IMG/VR virus record: IMGVR_UViG_3300047443_000138
From: an uncultured virus (IMG/VR IMGVR_UViG_3300047443_000138)
Taxonomy: Duplodnaviria; Heunggongvirae; Uroviricota; Caudoviricetes
Direction: 5' to 3' (one strand)
DNA length: 64,000 bases
Both the position numbers and the translations under genes were made by a program. Under the pieces are notes generated by a model, which had not been told where the DNA came from, searched no databases, and saw only the letters and a program-made list of their open reading frames with translations. Below, in pieces: positions 45,201 through 53,714 of the stretch; the stretch's first letter is position 1; each line of letters begins with the position of its first letter.

Positions 45201-45739
45201 TAGCCGGTCACGAACTGGAACTTGGTCGCGGTGGCGTTCCACGTGTAGGCGATCGTCGCGCGAGTGGTCCACGTGTACGCGTCCGGGCTGGTGGCGAACA
45301 CGAAGCTCCCGGAGGCTTCAGTGATGCGCCACCACGCATACGCATACGGGTCGTAGGCGGCGGCCGACGCGGCGATCGTCGTCGTGGTCGCCACTCCTGC
45401 GTTGGTGACCGCAGCGGTGAACGCTCCGCCGTTGACCGAGAACGTGGCCTTGTTGTTGGCGTCGAGCAGCACCTCGAAGAACGTCTGAGTGCTGCCGTTA
45501 CCGACGGGCGTCGGTACGACCCGCGCGTACACGCCGTTGGGGGTGTTCACGTTGGCCGACGTGGCATCCCAGAGGATGGAGGCGAGGCTGTAATAGTTCG
45601 TCGTGCACGACACCGCCACCCGATCCAGGGCGGTATCGAGTTGGACGTTCGGTGCGGCTGCCGACGCGTTCCACAGGACGGTGTTGAGCGCTGAGCCGCC
45701 GAACTGGTCGGCGAGCGTGGACAGCTTCGGGTTCGCCAC
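42293..45739 (-). CDS. Large minor tail (tip/hub) protein with carbohydrate-binding and LamG-like domains
   Basis: Follows the tape measure; RGRQYELD, DG.QLEKG, DGDWHL motifs. Confidence 0.82.
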   Translation of the reverse strand: MANPKLSTLADQFGGSALNTVLWNASAAAPNVQLDTALDRVAVSCTTNYYSLASILWDATSANVNTPNGVYARVVPTPVGNGSTQTFFEVLLDANNKATFSVNGGAFTAAVTNAGVATTTTIAASAAAYDPYAYAWWRITEASGSFVFATSPDAYTWTTRATIAYTWNATATKFQFVTGYYATESAGMSAYIDHVNTTSSAPGQPNLNWPMIEDAWGPFWNANGGDSPLDRYVEISDRTRNSVTVSRGRQYELDQVRSGEAGLTLANTDAALDPLNASGPWYGHIQPYQPYRRRAQWPPTRNLLTQVQATGGDLGGYSTGTIPGGSAGIDVFSLTDSSGGTITASSSAWQGGNVFQFSVPNGTATQTSIGFTRQPAVQPGITYTLQMRVRNVTASTSQQVDAFILFTDVPGTITAVRSSPVTLAGSATAAWTLLTVTGTAPAGTARMAVGVETGGAAAATCSVQVDGWQLEKGAASTSWVCPGVWNPVYAGYMERWPSSWDMSGTYGLVQPTAVDAFSLLSQKQLSDPLTQEINNSSPRFVYRLDDPAGSTSVADWTGTNPAAQLAISKYGAGSLTFGNAITATDATGTYTGSSGTVVTINNSNPGTNLISGGATFIKLSSAGIVGPADPTAWTRMIAFRYTGPTPAAGAYLWSCMDSQRSGGTPSGSHIYVYLDTTGKPLVWIEGPTGAGTVTYFGGATNCVDGDWHLLIFGYNQATQQILASQDGSTSAYIGSVPITNTPTGLISDNVGGFVDATVGNGTTFNFKGDISFVAEFPAMFSTGTQIANMYQAWKNACAGESSGARYARVLRYAGYTGPSTVQTGLTTSMGPANIDGQDAVSALQAVVESESGEHFVDKQGFVQFKSRSARYNALTPAYTFGENAGEWPYEDVTLDYDSTHLSNQVTVTQEGGGQNFYAQDPTSATNYFPRSMSRTINSSSALECQDAANYLLSRYKMPATRVSSVKLHPSANPALWPVCLALELGTRVRVMRRPPGVPVTQIECFVENIAWDFGDDGEAWVTLQCSPADLTPYGVFSSWHTALKTGISAGATSITINPSQDNTNPLAAQLAVGEVITLDPGLATAENVTISAIGATSPGWTSAVITLTAGTVNAHGVGAVVCDQLPGGTTDATTWDAVSMFDSTAFAY

Positions 45740-45787
45740 CGGGCACCACCTATCTGGCGCCCGGCGGCGCCCTCGATCCAGAAAATG

Positions 45788-48700
45788 TCAGCGCTTGTAT
45801 GAGGCGTATGTCTGCGGGTTGCGCATACCGAGCTGCAGCATCGACTTCTCGACGACGTCCCGCAGCTTCCGCTCCGTCAGCACCTGGCCCTCAACCGTGA
45901 TGTGGAGCGTGTTGTGCTGATGCACAACAGCACCCCCGCCACCGGCCATCGCCAGCCCCGACCCAGCGAACGAGCCCGCGCCGGCCACCGAGGTAGCGAG
46001 CCGGTGCACGGCCCCTGTGGCGTGGTGCGCGCTCCCGTCCACACCCTTCGCGAGGCCCTTGGGGATCCAGGTGCCGATCTCGGTGAACACGCGGGACGGG
46101 CTGTGGATCCCGAGCGCGTGTTTGATCGCCTTCTGCATCGCCTGTGCGATCTTCATCATCTGGCGCTCGATCGCCTTCTCCTGCGACTGCAAGCCCTTGA
46201 CCAGGCCTTGCGCGGACTTGATCCCTGCCCCGTACATGGAGTCCGCGACGGCTTTGCCCGCGCTGTTCGCCGCTCCCTGCGTGGCCGTCTGCAGCTGGTT
46301 GATCTGCTGGATCTGCCCCTTCGTCGCCCCGGCGAGAGCGGTTGCGGTCGCGCCGCCCTGGTCCACGCCCGCGGCCGCGATTTGCGCGATCAGGTCCGAG
46401 CTGAGGCCCTTCTTCTGCAGGGCGCGCAACTGCGCCGCGAACTGCATGGCTTTCTGCATCTGGGACTGCATCTTGTTGACGACGTCCTGCGCGGTCAGCG
46501 CGAACCCTTCCTGCGGGGCGTCCGTCACGATGCTGAAGCCCTGCATCACGCCCTGCGCGACGCTTTTGACCTCGTCGGACCACGACTTCTGGAGGGCGGC
46601 GAGATTCGCTTGCGCCGTCTTCAGCTTGGCCGCGACGCTGTCCCGCTTCGCCGCCAGTGACCGGAGCGCCTTGTCTTCCCGCTTCGCATAGGCCTCCAGG
46701 TGCTTGATCGTCGCCTCGTGCGCCCGCACCCACTTGTTGCTGACGCCCTTGCTGCCCTTGAGGTCCGCGACCTTGTTGTAGGTCTGGATCAGCAGCGTCT
46801 CGATCCGCCTGGTCGCCGCCTTCACGCGGGCTGTCGACGCCGTGAGGCCGTCGACCAAGCCTTCGTTGACATAGATGCCCAGCGAGCGGAAGACCTTCGA
46901 CGGGCTCGAGATACCAAGGGTCTTCGCGAACGCGTCGGCGGTCGCCTGCGCAGCGCCGCGCATAGTGGATACCGCGCGCGGTGCGCCCGCCGTGATTCCT
47001 TCGGCGAGACCGTCCATTAGGGCGTGGCCGGAGTGCAGCGTCCATCCGCGCCCGCTGAACGGGCCCTCCTTTGCGGGCGAGTGCGGGAACAGTCCGGAGA
47101 TCTTCGATACGACGCTGTGCGCCGCGCTGAACGCCTGACTGACCATCGACTTGATGCCCGAAATGAATCCGCCGATCAAGCTCTTGCCCGCGCTGAGCAG
47201 CAAGCCGCTCAGATTCCCCATGGCTCCCTTCACTCTGCCGGGGATGCCGCGCACGTATGAGAGGACCGCAGCGGCGCCAGTCACAGCAGCCGCCTTGAAG
47301 CGGGACCAGGCCGAGCTGCCGAGCGACAGCAGGCGTGCGCCCAGCCCGGAGAGGTAGCTGATGATCCGGCCAGGCAGCGCCCTCACCCAGTTGAGCATGC
47401 TGGTCGCGACTGAGACGGTAGCGTGGTAAGCAGCGGCGAACCCGGACCGGATCTTGTCCCAGTGCTTGACGATCAGCAGGACTGCGATGCCGATCGGGCC
47501 CGCCAGTATTGCGATCAGTAGCGGCCAGTGCCCCTTGACGAATCCGACCACCCACGAAATGGCGGCGGAGACACCGGCCTTGATCTGATCCCAGTATTTG
47601 ATCACGAGGCCGACCGCGATGCCGATCGGGCCCGTCAGGATGGCCAGCAGCAGCGGCCAGTGTGCCTTCACGAAGGTGACGACCCACCCGATCGCCTGGC
47701 CGATCATGTGGAAGGCCGAGTTGCACAGGTCCCGGAACCAGCCGATCTTGTTGTACGCCAGGATTACCGCGGCAACCAGCGCCGCGATCCCGATGACGAC
47801 CAACATGACCGGGTTGGCGTCCATCACCAAGTTGAAAGCGGCCTGGACACCGGCCCAGATCTTCGTCGCGATCGCAGCGAGCCGTTCGGACAGTACGAAT
47901 GCTTTGACCGCCTTCGCCGCGGCCAGAATGCCCCGGGAGAGGTCCATGACCCCGCTGACCGCGCCCACCACGGCCCCGGCAGCGAAAGAAATCACTGCCG
48001 CGGTGAGCACTCCGCCGATGACGACCGCCAGCGCGATCGCCGCGGTTTTGTTCTGCTCGAAGAAGGTGACGACTTTGAGGATGACCGGGATGAGTTTCGA
48101 GCCCACGGTGATGGCCGTGGTGGCGACGGCTTCTTTGAGGCGGCCCATCTGGACGTTGAAGGACTGCTGGGTGATCTTCCAGCCCTCGACGTCCTTGCTC
48201 GCGTGGTTGAAACTCTCCGAGACCTTGCCGACGCGGTCCTTGAAGCCCTCCGTGTTCTCACCGGTCAGCTGCAGCGTCGTGTTCAATCCGATGGCGCCGC
48301 CGGTCATTTTTTTGATGGCCTCGGTGTACGTCTGGGCTGCCGGCCCGCCTCGCTTCAGTTCGGCGGAGAACCCGGTCGTCTTGTTCTGCAGAGTGGCGTA
48401 CTGGGTCAGCAGGTTGGCCTGCTCGGGCGGCAATCCCTTGAGTTGCTTGCGCCAGTCGCCGAGGCTGATCGATCCCTTGGAGTAGGACGTGGCCAGCTTC
48501 TGGAGGTTGGGCGGCATGGCCTTGACCATGGTGTCCGCGTCCTGAGCCGCTTGTTTCGTTTTATTGAACGAGCTGAGCAGGAGCGTGCCGGACTTGCCCA
48601 TGTGCTCGAGCACGGTCCGGGACAGCAGGTCCAGCGTGCCCGACAAGCCGCGCTTGCCCAGCTTGGTCGACACGTCCACGCTGGACAGGCCGAGGCGCTG

Positions 48701-49441
48701 CATCTCCTGAACGGCGACGTTGTTCGGGGCGGCCAGCTGCCGGATCGTGGAGGCGAGTTCCTGGGTGGCCTCGCGGGCGCTGGTGCCGTGCTGGGTGAGG
48801 GTGGCGATCGCGCCGCCGACCTCACCGAACGAGATCTTGTTGGCGGACGCGATCGGAATGACCGTCGACAAGGAGCCCGCGAACTCCTGCATCGTCATCT
48901 TGCCCTCGCCCGCGGCGGTCTTGAGGGCATTCATCACTCTGACGCTGTCGGACGCCTTCAAGTGGTAACTGGCCATGACGCTGGTCATCGCGTTGGTGAC
49001 GTCCTTGAGGTCCGCGCCCTCCTCGCGCGCGCCCTGCGAAGCCGCGCGCAGCACCTTCAGGCCGTCACCAGCCCGGTACCCCGCCTTCTCGACCTGGTAC
49101 ATGCCCTCGGACAGTTGGTCCGTGGATGTGCCCGTCTCCCGTGCCAGCGACAGGACACCGTCCGAGACCTTCTTCAGGTTCTTCGACGACTCACCGCACG
49201 CCGTGACCAGCAGATTCATCTTCTGCTGGAAGTCGCCAGCAGCCTTCACCCCGTAGGCGAGGAAGCCCACGCCGACGAGGGTGGTGGCCGCGCCGAGCTT
49301 GCGGAGCATCGCCGAAGCGCCACCCATACGAGTCGTGAACGACTCGCCCTCCTCGGATGCCTGCCGCATGTTCCGGGTGAACGGCGCGGTCTCCGCGCGG
49401 AGAACGGCATACAGATCGGCGACCTCGGGCACCCGCCCCAC
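45788..49441 (-). CDS. Tape measure protein
   Basis: 1217 aa, Ala-rich helical; ANP...KHWD repeats; HSPSRVF/SSPSKVF motifs. Confidence 0.93.
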   Translation of the reverse strand: MGRVPEVADLYAVLRAETAPFTRNMRQASEEGESFTTRMGGASAMLRKLGAATTLVGVGFLAYGVKAAGDFQQKMNLLVTACGESSKNLKKVSDGVLSLARETGTSTDQLSEGMYQVEKAGYRAGDGLKVLRAASQGAREEGADLKDVTNAMTSVMASYHLKASDSVRVMNALKTAAGEGKMTMQEFAGSLSTVIPIASANKISFGEVGGAIATLTQHGTSAREATQELASTIRQLAAPNNVAVQEMQRLGLSSVDVSTKLGKRGLSGTLDLLSRTVLEHMGKSGTLLLSSFNKTKQAAQDADTMVKAMPPNLQKLATSYSKGSISLGDWRKQLKGLPPEQANLLTQYATLQNKTTGFSAELKRGGPAAQTYTEAIKKMTGGAIGLNTTLQLTGENTEGFKDRVGKVSESFNHASKDVEGWKITQQSFNVQMGRLKEAVATTAITVGSKLIPVILKVVTFFEQNKTAAIALAVVIGGVLTAAVISFAAGAVVGAVSGVMDLSRGILAAAKAVKAFVLSERLAAIATKIWAGVQAAFNLVMDANPVMLVVIGIAALVAAVILAYNKIGWFRDLCNSAFHMIGQAIGWVVTFVKAHWPLLLAILTGPIGIAVGLVIKYWDQIKAGVSAAISWVVGFVKGHWPLLIAILAGPIGIAVLLIVKHWDKIRSGFAAAYHATVSVATSMLNWVRALPGRIISYLSGLGARLLSLGSSAWSRFKAAAVTGAAAVLSYVRGIPGRVKGAMGNLSGLLLSAGKSLIGGFISGIKSMVSQAFSAAHSVVSKISGLFPHSPAKEGPFSGRGWTLHSGHALMDGLAEGITAGAPRAVSTMRGAAQATADAFAKTLGISSPSKVFRSLGIYVNEGLVDGLTASTARVKAATRRIETLLIQTYNKVADLKGSKGVSNKWVRAHEATIKHLEAYAKREDKALRSLAAKRDSVAAKLKTAQANLAALQKSWSDEVKSVAQGVMQGFSIVTDAPQEGFALTAQDVVNKMQSQMQKAMQFAAQLRALQKKGLSSDLIAQIAAAGVDQGGATATALAGATKGQIQQINQLQTATQGAANSAGKAVADSMYGAGIKSAQGLVKGLQSQEKAIERQMMKIAQAMQKAIKHALGIHSPSRVFTEIGTWIPKGLAKGVDGSAHHATGAVHRLATSVAGAGSFAGSGLAMAGGGGAVVHQHNTLHITVEGQVLTERKLRDVVEKSMLQLGMRNPQTYASYKR

Positions 49442-49485
49442 CGCCTCTCGGACTCAAAGGGGTTGAACGGGCGGTGCTGCAGAGA

Positions 49486-49941
49486 TCAGAGACGCGGCCA
49501 GCCGGCGCGGAAGATGGTCTGGTAGAGCTGCGGGGCGACCACCCTCATGCCGAAGTCGACCGCGGGCTTGAGGAAGGGGTAGGTGGTCCCGTTCTTCAGG
49601 CCGGTCTCCAGGTAGAAGCCGTACTTGTTGGACGGTGTGCGCCCATACGGTGGTGTGAAGCCGACCCCGGTGCCGACCTTGGTCTCCCAGCCGCCGCCTG
49701 TGAAAGTGAGCGGCGAGTGGGTGATGGAGCGGCGCAGCGTGCCGGAGATGACGGCCGGCCCGGTGCCGGGACTCGCCGGGGTCTTCGTGCCGCGCTTGTG
49801 CGCTCCGACTGACGCGTTGATCTTCGCCTGGCGTTCCACCGCCAGGGCAAGCCCCGTGATGACGCGCCGGGCTTTGACCTGCCCCTCACGTGACACCTCG
49901 GCGAAGATCCGCGTGAACGCGCCGGGCCGCAGTTCGCCCAT
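49486..49941 (-). CDS. Neck/tail completion protein (HK97 gp10-like)
   Basis: PAVISGTLRRSI, YG.YLE.G, YPFLKPA. Confidence 0.7.
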   Translation of the reverse strand: MGELRPGAFTRIFAEVSREGQVKARRVITGLALAVERQAKINASVGAHKRGTKTPASPGTGPAVISGTLRRSITHSPLTFTGGGWETKVGTGVGFTPPYGRTPSNKYGFYLETGLKNGTTYPFLKPAVDFGMRVVAPQLYQTIFRAGWPRL

Positions 49942-49944
49942 GGC

Positions 49945-50221
49945 TCACCCCCTGGACGCCCGATCGGCCTTCCGTCGCTCGCGTTCGATCTGGCGTTCCT
50001 CTTGCTCGTTGATCATTCCGAGGAAGTCGACGCAGTACCGGCGCACATACAGAGGGGTCTGCTGCAACTGCTCCCACGACCAGCGCATCTGCCGCATCAA
50101 CGCAAAGTCGATCCACTCCGGCGGTGGCGCCTCGCTGCCGCCCCAGCTGCCCTCGATGATGGACTCAGCCGGCAGCAGGACGTTCTCGAAGTACGGGGAG
50201 CCGGGCCCTACTGAGGGTCCG
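49945..50221 (-). CDS. Tail assembly chaperone, downstream (T-like) frame
   Basis: -1 frame overlapping the chaperone stop; MRWSWEQLQQTP.YVRR. Confidence 0.6.
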
Positions 50222-50612
50222 CGACCCGGCCGACCTCCTCGCCGATCCGGTTGAGGATGGCCAGAGGCAGGCGTGCGATGTTCTCGGTGGTGATCTTTCC
50301 GAGGCGGGTCTGCTCGCCGGTGCCGAGCGCGGCGAAGATGTCGACCGGGTCCGCGTCCGGGTCGATGTCGAGGGCATCGCCGTCGCTGAAGGCTTCGTAC
50401 ACCTTCCAACTGACGATCAGCTTCGCCATCACCTTGTACATGGCCTCTTGGGCGGCCTTCTGGTCGAGCGGCTGGCCGTTGTCGTCTGTGGGGACGTCCT
50501 CTGGCTGGATCTCGCTCGGCGGCAACAGCTGCGGGTTCTTCATCAGCACGCTGACGTCGTCGCCGAGGTCGGGGAACTGGAGCAGGACGTATGGGTTGGT
50601 GTAGCCCGACAT
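50208..50612 (-). CDS. Tail assembly chaperone (G-like)
   Basis: Acidic, follows the tail tube gene, AAGGAG RBS. Confidence 0.75.
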   Translation of the reverse strand: MSGYTNPYVLLQFPDLGDDVSVLMKNPQLLPPSEIQPEDVPTDDNGQPLDQKAAQEAMYKVMAKLIVSWKVYEAFSDGDALDIDPDADPVDIFAALGTGEQTRLGKITTENIARLPLAILNRIGEEVGRVADPQ

Positions 50613-50719
50613 GGGCGCTTCTCCTTGCGGGTGAGGGCGTTGAGGGCGTGAGACCCCAGCCGTGCCGCGACGCCCTCACGCGCGGGCACGGCCGGGGAGT
50701 GATTGAAGAAAACTGCAGG

Positions 50720-51877
50720 TCAGTACGCCGAAGTGACGTAATTTTTGAGCACGACCTGCACGGACCCGGTATCGGTCGCGTTGTACACGCCGTTGATCTC
50801 GAAGTCGGCCTGCACATACGTCCCGGAGATGTCCGGCTTGCCCTTCGACCAGCCGCCCTGCGTTGTCGTGATCGTCAGGCTGGCGCCACCCGCGTCTACG
50901 CCGGCGCCGACGGGCTGGGTGAGCACCATCGACGTCGGGTTGTTCTGCAGGGCCTGCAGGTAGAGGTTGTAGTCGGCGTCCGACTCGTAGATCGCCTTGT
51001 AGGTGATGTCCGCGTCCAGGACGCCCGAGAACACTTCACGGGGCTGCTGGGTGCCGTTGGAGGCGTGGATCGCCTCGACGGGGCGCTTCAGCGTGAGGTC
51101 GTAGGACAGGCCGCGGGTGCTGCTGGCCCCAGCGTTGGTCATGGTGAACTGCCAGCCCAGGAAGGGCGGCGGCTCGGAGAACGTCGGGGTCGCGCTTTGG
51201 ATGGCGCCGATCCAGCCGATGTACTTGGCGCCGACGGTGACGATGCCCTTCGGGTCGACCTTGATCTGCACGTCGGAGAGCATGCAGCCCGGGTATCCCC
51301 ACGCCTCGAACGCGTTGTGCTCGGTCAGGCTGTACGTCGGCTTCGCCACCGCGGCGTTCTGCTTGAACGTGTGTGTGGTCTGGGAGATGACGGCGACGCC
51401 GGAGGTGTGGGCGAAGGTCAGACCAGTGGTCGGCGTGGTGATGGGGATCGTGTACGGGCCCGAGCCGGTCGGGGTGCCGGTCACGGCGTACTCGACCTTG
51501 TTGCCGGTGTCGATCTGGATGGTGGAGCCGAGCGGGATGGTTGCCGCCACGCTGATCGACGTGGCGCCTGCGGTCGTCGATGCCGATAGCGTCGTCGACA
51601 CGCCTGGCGTGACCGTGTCCGGGCCGATGATGCGCAGCGCGTAGCCGATGGAGTCGGGGTAGGCGTTGAATTCGAGGTCGACCGCGGAGTCCCCGGCGCC
51701 CTGGAAGAGGCCTTGGAGGTTGGAGTCGTTGTTGCGGTACGACTCGTCGCGGAGCTGGTCGTAGTTGATCTCGAAGTCGATCTTCGTGCACGGCAGGTAG
51801 TAGGTCGGGGTCAGCCAGGTGCCCTGGGTGACCTCCTTGGCCAGGCCGACATATCCGAGCCGTCCGAGCAGGGTCAT
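50720..51877 (-). CDS. Major tail tube protein
   Basis: G.AKE.T.GT, THTF...P.YSL...YPGC, L.N...SAY end; position in the operon. Confidence 0.85.
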   Translation of the reverse strand: MTLLGRLGYVGLAKEVTQGTWLTPTYYLPCTKIDFEINYDQLRDESYRNNDSNLQGLFQGAGDSAVDLEFNAYPDSIGYALRIIGPDTVTPGVSTTLSASTTAGATSISVAATIPLGSTIQIDTGNKVEYAVTGTPTGSGPYTIPITTPTTGLTFAHTSGVAVISQTTHTFKQNAAVAKPTYSLTEHNAFEAWGYPGCMLSDVQIKVDPKGIVTVGAKYIGWIGAIQSATPTFSEPPPFLGWQFTMTNAGASSTRGLSYDLTLKRPVEAIHASNGTQQPREVFSGVLDADITYKAIYESDADYNLYLQALQNNPTSMVLTQPVGAGVDAGGASLTITTTQGGWSKGKPDISGTYVQADFEINGVYNATDTGSVQVVLKNYVTSAY

Positions 51878-52092
51878 CGCGGCTCACCCCTCTCGGTGTC
51901 CGCGGCGGAAGTACGCCTGCTCTTGGTGGTCTTGGACGGCGGCTCGTCGGCCGCCTGCTTCGGTTCGGGCTCGTCGATGGCCGTCCAGCCGTCCAGCAGA
52001 ACCTCGTGCTCGTGGTCCTCGCCGGGCAGCACCCGGACGGGCGGATCGCCCATGAACGTCCAGGCTGAGCCGGTGTCATTGCGCTGGCGCAC
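51874..52092 (-). CDS. Small virion-associated hypothetical protein
   Basis: GGGAG RBS, coupled to the tail tube gene. Confidence 0.6.
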   Translation of the reverse strand: MRQRNDTGSAWTFMGDPPVRVLPGEDHEHEVLLDGWTAIDEPEPKQAADEPPSKTTKSRRTSAADTERGEPR

Positions 52093-52172
52093 AGTGGGCT
52101 CCCGCGTTGAAGGTGGGCAGAGAAGGGGCCCCGCACGGGGCCGGGCGAGGGCGTGTAAGGGAAGGGCGCAGG

Positions 52173-52664
52173 TCAGGAGGTGAAGTCCTGGTCGTCGGCC
52201 TGATAGGTGACCGTCGCGGTCAGCTCGGCGCGCGCCTGGATCGACTGCTCGGGGTCGGCGAACTGCACGTCGATGTCCATCGGGTTCTCGGCAACCGACA
52301 GGAACCGGGCCCCGTGCGTCTTGTCGCCGAACAGGCCGTTGACCCGCTGGACAACCAGATCGACCGCGGCATCGAAGTCGGCCTGCACCGACTCAGCCTG
52401 GCCGGACGGTGAGGACTGCGGCCAGTACAGGCGCAGCATGAAGCTGTGGTGGTTGATCTTCCGGTTGAAGCCGAACCGCTCCACCCGCAGCTGCGTGCGC
52501 GTCACGTACAGCCGCGACTGCCGCTGCGCCCCAGTCCGGGGTACATAGGCCTGCACGACATCGAACGGGCCACCGTTGGCCGTCAGCAGCCCCGGCAGGC
52601 CATCCGAAGCGTCATAGGCGCTCAGCCATGCCGCCTCCCGGGCCACGGCGTCCGCTGTGCTCAC
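52173..52664 (-). CDS. Tail terminator / head-tail connector
   Basis: Position, size, GGAGGT RBS. Confidence 0.65.
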   Translation of the reverse strand: MSTADAVAREAAWLSAYDASDGLPGLLTANGGPFDVVQAYVPRTGAQRQSRLYVTRTQLRVERFGFNRKINHHSFMLRLYWPQSSPSGQAESVQADFDAAVDLVVQRVNGLFGDKTHGARFLSVAENPMDIDVQFADPEQSIQARAELTATVTYQADDQDFTS

Positions 52665-52678
52665 CGCTCACCTCCCGA

Positions 52679-53347
52679 TCAGGTGGGCTGGTAGCGGCAG
52701 AGGATCTCCTCGGCCTGCGTCCGGAGCGCGCCCGGGTCATGCCCGAACTGCGTTCCGGCCGGATCGATTTCGCCGAGCACCAGCACGGCAGCCTGCAACT
52801 TGCAGGCGCGCTCCAGATCAGCCGGCACCGTGGTGTAGCCGCCGTCGTACAGAACCCGGATCAGCGAGCCGAGCGGCAGGAACGTTCCGAGCGTGAACCA
52901 GATGTGCCCGCTGTCAGGCTCGGCGCCGATCAGGCTCGTCGAGCCCACAGTCTGCGTGCCGCCATACGACCGCAGGAGCGTGACCTGCAAGTTCGCATAG
53001 GTCCACATCTCGGGGTACCTGGGAGCGAACTCGTTCAGCCAGCAATGCCGTACCTGGTCGCCGCCGCCGAGAGCGTTGGAGTACGAACGGCCCAGCGTCC
53101 CCTGCAGATCCAGCGGGAAGTTCGCCGCCTCCGTGTACTCGTCCGGGTCGATACCGGTCGCCCGGTGGGTCTCCGGCACGCCCGTGAACGGTGCGAGACG
53201 GCGCCCGGCGATGCCCTCGCATACTCGCGTGGCCTCGACCATCAGCTGGTCCAGGGCGCTCGCGCTGTAGTCGCGCACGAGGTCCGCGAACTGCCCGTCC
53301 TGCATGTCCGCGGAGGATGCGAGCGGGACCGGGGAGTCCGCGGCCAT
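52679..53347 (-). CDS. Head-tail adaptor
   Basis: EATR.CE...RR, Y.GGY..VPADL..AC, L.RY. Confidence 0.75.
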   Translation of the reverse strand: MAADSPVPLASSADMQDGQFADLVRDYSASALDQLMVEATRVCEGIAGRRLAPFTGVPETHRATGIDPDEYTEAANFPLDLQGTLGRSYSNALGGGDQVRHCWLNEFAPRYPEMWTYANLQVTLLRSYGGTQTVGSTSLIGAEPDSGHIWFTLGTFLPLGSLIRVLYDGGYTTVPADLERACKLQAAVLVLGEIDPAGTQFGHDPGALRTQAEEILCRYQPT

Positions 53348-53350
53348 CGG

Positions 53351-53653
53351 CTACTCCGGCTTGCTGACGGCAGTCTTGCGGGCCGCCGTCTTCTTCGCTG
53401 CGGGCTTGGGTGCCTCGGCGTCCTCGTTCTTCGGGTCAACCTCGGAGAACTCGGCCTGCTCGCCGCCCTGATCCTCGGGACCCGGCTTGGCGGTCTTCTT
53501 GCCGGGCGGGGCAACCTCGCTGAATCCGGCGTCCGAGATCGCCATGAGTGCGGCGATCTGTTCGGGGTCCTCGATCTCGACGACAGCGCCGTCCTCAGGC
53601 CAGACGTGACCGAACGAGTCGCTGCCCGCCGCGGCCTTGCGGATGAGAGCCAT
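53351..53653 (-). CDS. Small acidic virion-associated protein
   Basis: AAGGAG RBS, follows the capsid gene. Confidence 0.65.
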   Translation of the reverse strand: MALIRKAAAGSDSFGHVWPEDGAVVEIEDPEQIAALMAISDAGFSEVAPPGKKTAKPGPEDQGGEQAEFSEVDPKNEDAEAPKPAAKKTAARKTAVSKPE

Positions 53654-53714
53654 GCTCTCCACTCCTTGGGGTTGGGCGCGGCGCGCCACCACGCCGGTGG
53701 CGCGCCGCAGCGGG

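Noticed and set aside
47440..47800. Repeats in the tape measure gene as a DGR template/variable pair
   Set aside because: Ordinary Trp-periodic tape-measure repeats; no reverse transcriptase in the window
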